DNA of 63,376 bases, counting the filler, from Octopus bimaculoides (lineage: Eukaryota), in NCBI RefSeq assembly GCF_001194135.2. It is 7 parts of 5 records of this genome, joined end to end, with 100 filler letters (N's around TTAATTAATTAA, not from the genome) between each part and the next. Parts side by side here need not be neighbours in the genome. Positions count along the whole stretch, not along the records: positions 34,909 to 41,522 come from NW_026312583.1; positions 41,623 to 58,551 come from NC_068991.1; 5 more parts are not named here. The stretch is one strand, 5' to 3'. The first letter of the stretch is position 1; every line of letters begins with the position of its first letter. The notes under the pieces are model-generated. The model saw nothing but the letters and a program-made list of their open reading frames with translations. It was not told the DNA's origin and made no database searches. The position numbers and the translations under genes are program-made. Of this stretch, positions 40,011-51,960 are shown piece after piece.

Positions 40011-40448
40011 AGTTCTTCCAGTCATTTTCACATGCCAACAGTTCCAAAATTTCTTAAACCGTGTCTTGACATCAGAACATTTGAGGTGGACAACAATCAA
40101 CGTCATTCGAAGAATAAAAAGATGACTTATGATCTTTGTGATACTTTTCTACCCAAGAGGAAGAACAAATAAAAACAAGGACACCGAAGGAAGAAAAGTA
40201 AAGGAATATATAATCATACACATAAATATACATCTGCACATATGTGAATTTATATACATAATATCAAACACTGATGTAAATCACAAACATTTATATTATC
40301 ACAGATCCATGTACACTGTCACTCACAAATAGAGAGATCATGTGAGTTAAAGAAGGTTAAAGAGAGGGTGAAGGAAAGATGAGAGGACATTAAACATGTA
40401 GAAATATACATTCAACGAAATTGTATCAGCAAGACTGATCCAACTTAC

Positions 40449-40520
40449 AAATCCTGTAAACTGCGAAGGTTTTTGAAGGTTCTCTCTTCGATATTTGTGA
40501 TTTCATTATTAGATAAATCG
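40449..40520 (-). CDS. Single leucine-rich-repeat exon (xDLSNNEITNIEERTFKNLRSLQDL) of an extracellular LRR protein (LGR/RXFP/GRL101- or Toll/Slit-like)
   Basis: Exactly 72 nt, phase 2-2, acceptor tcttctatcttacag, donor TT|GTAAGT. Fits LxLxxNxIxxIxxxxFxxLxxLxxL. One 72-nt phase-2 exon per LRR is typical of these receptor genes. Confidence 0.85.
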
Positions 40521-42653
40521 CTGTAAGATAGAAGATTAAAGACAAAAAATAAATAGTACAGACACGATTTTGTAGAAAAGATGATGATGATGATGATGAT
40601 AGGAAGGAGTGATTTAATGAAGTTTATGGTGATGGTGATCATGATCGTAAGCATGTTCATAAGTATGTTAATAAGCATCAGGTCACAGACGTAAAAGTAT
40701 AGAAATCAGAATAAAAAACAGGGAGGATGAGGAAAAGAAGAAAAGTGAAGATCAGTAGACGTAGTTCATTAAGAAATAGATAAAGAGGACGACGAAACAG
40801 AAAAAAGGATAGATAAACATATACATATAGCATACATTTCGACCTTTATCATTATATATGTATACTTATATCCATAGAACATATAGATACATACTTATAT
40901 CCATATACACACAAATGTATAAGCGTATGCTCACGGAAGATTATATATATATTCATATGTGTGTGCGTGTGTGCGTGCGTGCATGTGCGCGCGTGTGTGC
41001 GTGCGTGCATGTGCGCGCGTGTGTGCGTGTGTGTGTATATGTTTGAAGGTTTGTACATATTGTTGTTATGAGAAAGCTTACGCAAGGTCACACAATGTCA
41101 CAAAGTTAGCGCAAACACATTCCAAATGTTTAAAATTCTCTTTTCGGTTTGATTCTGGGTACTCTGTTTCACCTACTTGTGCTTCAGCCCTTTATATAGA
41201 CCTTGTTTTCTGTTGATATGCTTATAGACTGCGTTTCATTTTCTTTCGATAGGTGTCTAACATTATGTCTGCTGACTTCAAAGATACTTGCGGCAGCATC
41301 CACCCACTATTTAATGGGAGTTGATATTGTCAGTTATTATAACCAATGGTGGTTAGCTCTTTTCATGGTTAATTTTATTATCAGAGCTCTTAGATAAGAA
41401 ACATTCATACTCCCTCGTACACACGCACACGCATACACACAAGTGTGTGCGCACATTTATAGAAAATGCGTTAGTGAAGTGTCAAGATACGGAGGAGAAA
41501 GATGGCAAGAAATTAAATATTTNNNNNNNNNNNNNNNNNNNNNNNNNNNNNNNNNNNNNNNNNNNNTTAATTAATTAANNNNNNNNNNNNNNNNNNNNNN
41601 NNNNNNNNNNNNNNNNNNNNNNATAAATATGTTAAAAACCAAGCAGAAACGAAAAGAGGAAAATTATTATTTATAATGTTTATGATGATGATTATAGTAA
41701 TAATATTAAAAATAGTAAAGTTATAAACTAATACATGCCGTTTTATTTCAATAAAAGATTACTTTCAATAAGTTATTTTTTTATTTTCCTTTTTATTTAT
41801 TTTATTAATCTTCTCATATCTCTCTTTCACTCTCTCTCTCTCTTTCTCTCCATTTTTCTCTTTCTCAAACAAATACTTTCTTGGAAAGAAATCCAAGACT
41901 AATTCATGCATTCTTTTCAAATATTGAAAAAAATGAAGAGCCAAACCTTTTTCTGGCTGGTCGACCACAATGTTTTTCTTTAAAAACATACATACATACA
42001 TACACAAAAACTTATATATATATATATATAATTTGTGACTAGAAACAAGATTTTCATGTCTCTTAGCACATAATCTGATATATTATTTTATTTTATCCAT
42101 CTTTTATGTATCATTTTCTAAACTTGGGTGAGCTGCAGATTTTGAGATATGTATCTGAAAATAACAGTAACAAAATGAATGGATCATGCAAGTGTGTCTT
42201 TTGCATGCATAGTGCAGAAGTAAATAAAAAGATATTTAACAGTTACAAAGATACAAATCTGTTGGAAAGTTAAGGCTTTTAAGAACAAAGTGAAAAAGTA
42301 TTTGGTTGGTTGATAGATGATCAAAAGCATTCCTGCCATAACCATACAATCCTATGTGTCTAGGACTACATCATTCAGTGTGTTCTTCATTTTTTAAGAT
42401 AGTAGAGCATTTGATTTTTATGGAGATTTGGCTGCTATTTCTTGTGGGTTGAGCAACCATTACAGAGACTCCTTTATTAGCTCAGAAAGCAACCAAAGAG
42501 CTTGGTGTCACTAAATCTCACTTAAGTTCCTCTTTCTGTTACTGCTTGTTGTGCTTATTTATATTTACACACAACTGCACCCTATTTTAAACTGTTCCAA
42601 GGAGCAAGTAATGTTTTTTGACTGCAAGAAATAAATTTGAAAAACAACTAGTT

Positions 42654-42690
<37 letters not shown>

Positions 42691-43148
42691 ACATACATAT
42701 ATATATATATATANNNNNNNNNNNNNNNNNNNNNNNNNNNNNNNNNNNNNNNNNNNNNNNNNNNNNNNNNNNNNNNNNNNNNNNNNNNNNNNNNNNNNNN
42801 NNNNNNNNNNNNNNNNNNNNNNNNNNNNNNNNNNNNNNNNNNNNNNNNNNNNNNNNNNNNNNNNNNNNNNNNNNNNNNNNNNNNNNNNNNNNNNNNNNNN
42901 NNNNNNNNNNNNNNNNNNNNNNNNNNNNNNNNNNNNNNNNNNNNNNNNNNNNNNNNNNNNNNNNNNNNNNNNNNNNNNNNNNNNNNNNNNNNNNNNNNNN
43001 NNNNNNNNNNNNNNNNNNNNNNNNNNNNNNNNNNNNNNNNNNNNNNNNNNNNNNNNNNNNNNNNNNNNNNNNNNNNNNNNNNNNNNNNNNNNNNNNNNNN
43101 NNNNNNNNNNNNNNNNNNNNNNNNNNNNNNNNNNNNNNNNNNNNNNNN

Positions 43149-43214
<66 letters not shown>

Positions 43215-44115
43215 TAGTAATTCAGTTAGTTGATCAATATTTGTGAGTTTTCTCTATCTCTTTCTTTTCTCATTTCTTGCCTTGCCTCTTCCTTTAAATA
43301 AGACAGAATAAGACAGAAAACCAAATGACAGTTGATGCTGTTTTAAAGAAAGTTTTGTATCGTGTGTAAGCTTGGTCGGCAGCTAAAATTTCCCTTCTTA
43401 ATCTCCAAAACTCCCATTTTGTATGTTAACTGATAAAGTACACACAAACACACATATTAACTCAATCATGCATATAATTATGCGCATACTTGTCCATGAA
43501 ATTTCTTACATGTGAAGTATTAGACAAATGAGTACATGCATGCACACACAATCACCTATCTGCAAACATACAAATAATTAAAACCTACGAAAATATATAT
43601 ATATGCAACAAAAAGGGTGGTAAATTTAAAACAAAAATGTTTTCTGTGTTTTTCCTTCCTTTTTTTTTTTTCTGTTCAAAGAATCATGTACAAAAAAATA
43701 AAATCTGTTAAGAAATGTTTTAACATTGGTTTTTTTTTTTTTCGCTCTTTTAAATTTTTCTTGATTTTTTTTTAAATACTACTGTATTTGGTTTTTTTTT
43801 TGTGGTCATTATTTCAACTTCAAATAACATTGAATAAACAAAAAAATTTTTTTAATTGAGGAATCAGCTTCAAGAGTTTATATAGACATTTGTAAATATT
43901 ATATCTTTACATACACACATTCACTGGTTCCCAAGCATTGTCTGTGTCTGTGAAATAATAATATAGACTTTTTTTAATTAATTTTTATTCATTAAATATT
44001 ATTCTTGTTGTGAGGCGCAATGTTTGTGTAGATAAAGGGATCAGGCTTTCAGTTTGTATCATGCTGCAGGCATTGCGCTGTGTCATTGGGCAGGACACTT
44101 AACTCTATTTGCCTA

Positions 44116-44163
<48 letters not shown>

Positions 44164-45400
44164 TACTACTCGTGTATTATGTTTTCTTATTTCAATTAAC
44201 TGTAAAAATTTGTGTTTCAAATTATGAACTGATAACCAAAAGATATATGTATTAAAAAGAAAAAAAGGCTTCCTCTTTTTTTTCCATCCCCTCTCCCTTA
44301 AAAAAAATACCAAAAAAAAAAAAAAACAGAGGAAGACCTGCACACTCTTCTTTGAGCCTGTCATTCTAGGTGTCACAATTTGCATATTAATGTGATAAAC
44401 TTGGAAAAATAAAAACCATGTATCAAACAATACACAGCTTCCAAAAACCTGTTTCGTAGTGGTTTATTTTCATACAAAATCAGTTTTGATTTTTACTTTC
44501 CTCTATTTCTCACACTCCAACTAAACAGTCTTGTTCATTTCTTCATGAAAGTCTTTTATTGTTGTGGTGGTTGTTGTTATTATTAATGGAGATGGCCAAG
44601 ATAGTAACGCTCAATTAAATACTTCATATTAAATTTTTTGTCTCAAGGCCACAATTTAAAATCCAGCAGTCAACTTTAGCAATCATTTTTTGGGGCTTGG
44701 AGGTTAATAGAATTAGTACCAGTAATATACTGACAGCGATTCAATTAACTCCACCTGTCCCCTGAAAAAAATTGGCCTCGTGCCTAGTTATTAACCAGTA
44801 TTAATCCAGGAATAATGAAACAGGCAGTAAGTCTATGGTACTTGGCTAGTAATACAAGATTGGCCTTGTACCTAAAAGAAAATCATCAGTAATAATAAAT
44901 TATATTAATTATAAAAAATTTTAATTACTTTTGAGTTCCAATAACCATTTCCCTTGTTTGTTTTGTTTGCTTTTTTTTAAATGTTTTTATGTCTATGTTC
45001 AGATGTGGTCCTTTAATTCTGAGCTAGGTTTATACTTACGTATATATGTACATACAAACACACATATTACTTACACAAGTATATATCAAAAGTCTAGAAT
45101 TATTAAGAGGCTCAAGTTACAATGACCTGCAAAAAAAGTAGTGGTTTTGTTCCATCATGTGTATATTGGTAATATTACCTTGACTAATGGCCTGAGTATG
45201 GATTGATGAATACCAGTGCATCAAAGTATTTCGTAATTTAAGAATAAGGCTAAGACATGACCACTTTGAGTGAGATTTACATAAGTTTTCATAGTGCTTT
45301 TCTCTGGATTGTTAGTCATGCATACATACATTTATTCATTCAAAACTGGAGTTTCATTCCATTGCTATTCCAAGTGTCCTGTTACTACCATGTTTTTTAA

Positions 45401-45583
45401 CCTATTTGTTACCATATTTTTGTTGAAATACACTACTTTTCTTTCAATTAATTTTGAAATTAACAAAGATTTTAGTAAAATAACTTCCTCAATCTAGTGT
45501 TTGGAAAATAAATTAACAAGAAAATTTGATGGAAGTTTCTTATTTAGATTACTTTAAAACCAGGCAAATTTGTGTCCAGAGGG
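45401..45583. mobile_element. Older copy of the same MITE family
   Basis: TTAA flanks, 3' end gagggTTAA and shared internal tttctttcaattaatt..aacaaaga.tttagtaaaataactt. Confidence 0.6.
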
Positions 45584-45742
45584 TTAAGGCTATTTGAGAA
45601 TATGATAGTAACAAAAAAAAAATAGCATTAAGCAATGAAGTACTGCCTCAGCTTTGAAATAGACTCTACTACATACATGTATTGTCTTTTTTTTCTTTTT
45701 TCACTTATGAGTACACCCAAACACATCCACACTTGTGTGTGC

Positions 45743-45820
<78 letters not shown>

Positions 45821-48800
45821 CCTGACAATCAAGTAGAAAACTTTCTATTTGTTTTAGTAAGAACCGAGAAGCATTACCCAAAGCTGAATTCTATTAAATA
45901 TTTCCATCAAATATGACATATGATGTTTACATCTATAGAATTCTTTTGTAGTATCAAAAACATATATTTTTGGCTTTGGTTAAAAATTCATATCTCTTCA
46001 CTTACATTCTCCTACAAGGCACTAAAGCATGTAAGGACATAGAAAGGAATTTTGTTGTGAAGTAACTAACCGGAGACTGACATATCATTTTGTGACTTTT
46101 AATGCTGAGATATTTTACCTATTGTATATTAAGACAGATTTAAACATGATTTACTGAAAACTTGAATTCTGTTCTAATATTTTTATTAAAATATCCATAA
46201 TTATAATAACAGTCTAAGAATATCACCATTAAGTATAAAAACATAATTTCTTTCTCACCACTAGGAACTGATTTAATATTTTTTATAAAATATTCAGTAT
46301 GTTTAACTCTTTTGTTAGTATATTTCTGCTCAGATACACTTCTTTTGTGTCAATTGATTCCTTAAATAATGAATTTAGTAAAATAACTGTCTACTGTTTG
46401 GAACATAAAGTAACATGAAATTTTGATGTCAAGTCTTAATTTAGATCACTTTTAAAGCGAGAAATTTGCATCATAGAAAGGGGGACAGTTTCAGTATGTT
46501 TAAAAAATGAAATATACCAGTTGGTGTATGTACTAATATGTGACTCATCCCATTTTGTCACAAATAAATAAAAAATAACTCGTACACTTGTATTTGAATA
46601 GCTACAGCTACTTATTTATTCCAGTACGCTTGTCAATTTTGGTTAAAATGACCTATATAAACCCTCAGTTTTGGGAATAAAATGTAAATTGAAAGCAGTT
46701 AGTGTGGAATAAACGGTTTATACATTGTGTGGGAACTGGTATGTATAAACAAACACCCACACATTTCAGTTGCTTCCTTCTGATTCTATTAAACAAAGAA
46801 AATGCTTCATAACTGCAAAAAAATAATTTTATTGCACAGTTTTTTTGTTTTTTTTGGTCCCTGGCTTGTAATATACAATGTAACTGTGACTAGCTTCATA
46901 TATATAATGGAGAAGGGATTTTGTTCAATTCCTTAATAGCATTTGTTGGGAAAATATTCTGAAGTAGAAGGAAAAAGAAACTGAAATAGAATTCTATTTT
47001 AATGATTAATTCTCAGAAATATAACTGGCATAATTTTAACATTATCACTAACTTTCAATATCTTTATTTTATATATTCAGTTTTAAATAGTATTGTCATG
47101 GTGGTATCTGAGACAGTTGGATAACACTCCCAAAACTATAGCCAAAACACCATAAATTGAAAGGTGATTTTTATGTCATACTAGCCTGAAGCTTGACATA
47201 TTTGGTGTGAGACACTAAAGCAGCTGCTATCCAATTTTCACCCTTCGTCTCAGCTCTGCTTGATCAGGTTTGATTTGCAGATCCTGTACAATACAGAAAT
47301 AGTTTCATATATAGCGATATGCATGATGCTTACATGACAAATAATGTGGTTTTGAGTTAAATCCCACTGTGTGGTACCTTGGGGATGTCATTTTACCAAA
47401 CACTTTGGTTGACCAATGCCACATTAGTGGAATTTGATAGACAAAAACCTGTTGTGTGCACTTATATGATAACTCCAAGGGAACGAAAAGTTATTGCACA
47501 AGCACTCACTCTAAATGTACTACTTCCTGTAGCAGAAACAGCTGTAAGTCAATGAAGTTGATTACATGATTCCTGTTCCCTTGCCATTTGTTAGTTAATA
47601 TTACACTCTACACTCATCTAACACTTTACTATAAAGCATATGCATATTGAATTCTAACAACTGATTATTAATATCACTTTGCTTAAATGAAACTATAAAA
47701 TACATGTGTGCACACACACACACACACATACACACATGTACCAATTAAAAATATCTATCACCACAAACTGCTATTAAATACCAACAATAAAAGAGTCAGC
47801 ACTTACCTAATATATAAGCTACTGAGCTCTTTCTTGTGTACCAGTTTCACCAGTTAGATACAAGTCCTACACAATATTAGCTCAATATTTTTATACAAAT
47901 GGTTATGAGTATAAAGGGAAAAAAAAAACATTAAAACCACTGAAGCCTACCAACCCAATCTTGGTAAATGTTTTAATTTGTTACCACTTGCTGATTGCCA
48001 TATAGTTTAACCCTTTTAATATCAATCCCATCTGAGATGATCTCCCATCTGAAGATTTACAATTTGAAATGAAATCTCATTACACTATTTATACTAAACT
48101 TCAGCTTATCTGCACCAACTCTTTCTTTCTCTTTATCTATCTATCTATATATAAATATATGTATATAGAATGTTATTAGTTGAGAATAGCATTCTGTATA
48201 GCCTACTCAACGTGGACATACTGTAAGGAAGCCACAACACAACTGTATTCGTCATGAGAAATATCTCATATAGATCTGTATAGTACTAATAAACATACGA
48301 GCAGCAGGAAATAAAAAGGTGAATAGATATAGATACACACATATACCACTATATAATGCCTAGAGATTTTATTAAATCCCTCCAAAATCTTTATCATCAC
48401 AATTAATTGTAACACATAAGCATTCTATTCATTATAAATATGATCATGAAAGGGTGAACTCTGAGAATTGACAGGTCTTCCAAACCAAAACCTGCAGAAA
48501 TATATTACTGGGCTTTAAAAAAAAACTATATTATGTGAAAATTATATTTATTACTGGATAATGCTTTTAGTTTCATTATAAAGAAATAACAAAAATAATA
48601 TATCTAAACTACACTACAGTACAAATTTCATAATATCCTCTCCCCTGATTTTTGTTATTCTAATGATACCACTAAAAGAAAGAATAGGATTATCAAAACT
48701 AATTTCCTCTTACTGTGATATCTGTCAGCAAAATGTTGAGTAATTCATTCCAAAGATAAATATGTATGTATTTGTCTAACCCATGCTAACATGGAAAAAT

Positions 48801-51224
48801 GAATGTAAAACGAGAATAATATACATATGCACAAGCATAAATCTTTAATCAAGAAGTAGAAAATTCAATATTGTTCATCTATTGAAATACAATTTCTTCT
48901 TATATTTATCAAGTTAATAGCATTTCTTAATTTGACATTTGTTAATAGAATTTGGTTTACCTTGAAATAGAATTAACTGGCATTGGTTTGATGTTTCTTA
49001 GTGAATCTTTTAGTGATCTAGGTTAAGACTTTCTTCCCTTCTAGTATACAAGCCCTTTGTCTTGAGTTGAAAGAAACTATTAATGGACTTCAGGGATCAA
49101 GTGTGAAATTAAAGCATGTTTAACATTTTTATGCTCTTTGTGTTTACATTTAATATATTCTTTCTTTTATTTGTTTCAGTCATTTGACTGCGCCCATGCT
49201 GGAGCACCGCCTTTAATCGAACAAATCAACAAAAGACGTGTGTGTGTGTTTATTCCAAGCTAAAATATAAGCTGTAAACATTTGACATTGCTGTTTTGAG
49301 TTCTTTGTCAGTTTTTATCTGCTATTTTTAAGATTTCTTATAAACACATTCCCAGTACACATACACACATACATATATAACAGCAAGAAACTCAAGAGGG
49401 CAGCAATGTCAAACTCCCTCCTTCACCAAAAGCATAAGAATAGTCGTTGAAAAGGTGATAACACTGCATGTACCCCAGCATGGCCACAGCCTTTGGGCTG
49501 AAGTGCATAAAAGAAAAAAAGAATATATATATAAAGAAAAAATAATAGAAGTTTATGAAATTATGATTATCATTTTTTCTGATAAAGGGCCACATGATGT
49601 TTTTAAAATATATGTTGCAAGCTGTAGGTTTTATTTAATTTTTATTTCAATACCCCATTTTTTTTTCTTGTGTTTGGTTTTGTATTTATTTTAATTAAAT
49701 AAATAAATGGTTGTTAGTGGCAGAAATGGTGGGGTAATGGATTAAATGCTTTGTGGTCTTTAGCTATGTTCATTTACATTTGCAATTTAATTCCAACCTA
49801 GATTGACTGCCTTCTGTTCTTCCAGGTTCGATTAGATAAGTACTAGTCACATATTAGTGTCAGTTAAATTCATTAAACCTGTTCCCTGAATTGTATGGCA
49901 TTGCGCCAATGTTAAAGATAATTGCTTAAATAAATCTTCAACAATTTGTTCAAAATTTCACAGTTGATGGTAATTGAACAACTGTGACCTACAATTTCAA
50001 GTGAATGTAAAAAACTGAGTGACAAAGAAGTTTTAATGAAAATAAAATAAATAATTAGAAGACGCTGAATATTTATTTCTTTCCATAGTTTTTAAGATTA
50101 ATCACACACTCACACATCCATTTCCCAAAACACAAACACACTCACAGGTTAAGCATTACTGGTTTGTATCTCCCATGGTTTTAAAATTAAATATCTATAT
50201 TAGTGCTGGGTAGTATGGGAGACATACAAACAACAAGCTAAAAAATGTGACTGAGTGTTATGTAAAAATATATCTGGAGAGTCTCATTATAAAGAGAAAT
50301 CATTCCATCCATGCTTAATTTACAGAAAAAAAAATGGCTGGAATTGTGTTTTTAAAAAAGAAAAACTCATGAACATTTTTTTTCTTTTTTAACTTACCTA
50401 AATGCAAATGTTTTATGCCTGTGTGTATGCTTATGAATGAATATGTGAATATATTTGTGTATTCATGTGAATGTGGGCACATTACTAATGTGTGTATGAT
50501 ATGATAACTAAATCTCAAGCTGCTTGCACTGTGATATCAAAGCTAATCAGACCTACAGAAAAAGTGGCATTTTCTTTTTCTTTTCTTTTTTTATAACTTC
50601 TTTCGTCTTACTTTCTCTCCCTCTTCTCCCCGTCTCTCCCTCTCTCTCTCTCTTTCTCTCTCTCAGTAATTTGAACTTCTAATTTACAATTTCTCTAATT
50701 TATAACTGTTTTTCAAAGAAAGCTTTGAGTGTGTTTGTACATGTATATCAAACCCTGTCCATTTGGTGGCATTGACAACAACGATAGCACAATGTTATTT
50801 CACACACCTTACTTAGTAAGATTTCAATAATTCTCGTAGTTTTTGACACTTTCTTCATGATCTTGATATATTCCATGAACATGAACTATGATTAGAGGTG
50901 GTGAATGGTAGAGCGGTATTCGAAAAAGCCTTGCAGTATTTAGTTAAGCTCGGAGTTTGAATTTCGTCAAGATCAGTTTTTACATTTTATTCTTCCAAAA
51001 TTAATAAAATTGGATTAAGCAAAGGAGACAACCATCTGATCCCTCCTTCATAATATATGGTCTTTGAGGTGATGTTACAAATGAGTTCAAGTTAATCCAG
51101 GTCACTTAGTTTTCCATCCTTCTGAAGTCATAAGAACTGAGGATGTTGTTATCATCTAACCTCTCTCCAACACACAAACACACAAAATTTCCAGCCTTGT
51201 GCTTGTTATAAACAAAGGCAAAGA

Positions 51225-51960
51225 ATTGGCAGAATTGTAAGAGCATCAGATAAAAAGCCTTGCAATATTTGTTATGGGTCTTTTATGTTCTGAGTTCAAA
51301 TCCTATCAAGGTCGACTTTGTCTTTCATCCCTTTGTGGTCTATAAAAATACCAATAATCAAGTAACCCCTCTCCTAGAATTTCAGGCTTTGTGCCTATAT
51401 TATTGAGACGACAAGCTAGCAGAATCATTACAGCACCAGACAAAAGGCTTGGTGGCATTTTGTCCATCTTTACATTCTGAGTTCAAATTCTGCTGAGGTC
51501 AGCTTTGCCTTTCATCCTTTCAGAGTCAATAAAATAAGGACCAGTTGGACATTAGGGTCAATGTAATCAACCTACCCTTCCCCTAAAATTGCTGGTCTTG
51601 TGCCAAAATTTGAAATCATTATTAATGCTGTTATTGTGAGGGCAATGGATTGGTAGAAACAGAGTGTCTCATAGCACTTGGCAACTTTACACATTTTGAG
51701 TTCAAATCCCACTGAGGCCAGCTTTGCCTTTCATCTTTCCTAGGTCAATACCGAGACCTGCAGCTGGTTGATTGAACTGAGTGATCCCATCACTTCTCAT
51801 AATATAGTTTTAACAATGAAATGGTAGTATGTGGCAGAAGCAATAATAAAAGCATTGGACTGAATGCCTTACTGTATTTAGTCATCTTTTTGCATATTAA
51901 GTTCAAATCTTGCCAAGCTCAACTTTAATTTTTCATTTTTCTGGAATCAACAAAATTTAA
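51225..51960 (+). mobile_element. Cluster of about four CpG-eroded copies of the GGCGGCGAG SINE family
   Basis: Repeated ttctgagttcaaat..gaggtcagctttgcctttcatc with CG changed to TG/CA relative to the copy at 14785. Confidence 0.75.

Noticed and set aside
41076-41170. Minus-strand exon candidate ending ECVCANFVTLCDL, resembling an LRR N-cap, with a phase-2 GTAAGC donor
   Set aside because: No polypyrimidine acceptor, and the split codon would give Ala where Leu is expected; kept only as a weak possibility.
41523-41623. Sharp biological methylation boundary at about 41.6 kb
   Set aside because: Coincides exactly with an artificial spacer.
48170-48310. Hairpin cluster as an H/ACA snoRNA
   Set aside because: ACA and ANANNA exist on the minus strand but there is no proper pocket and the 5' hairpin does not abut the H box.
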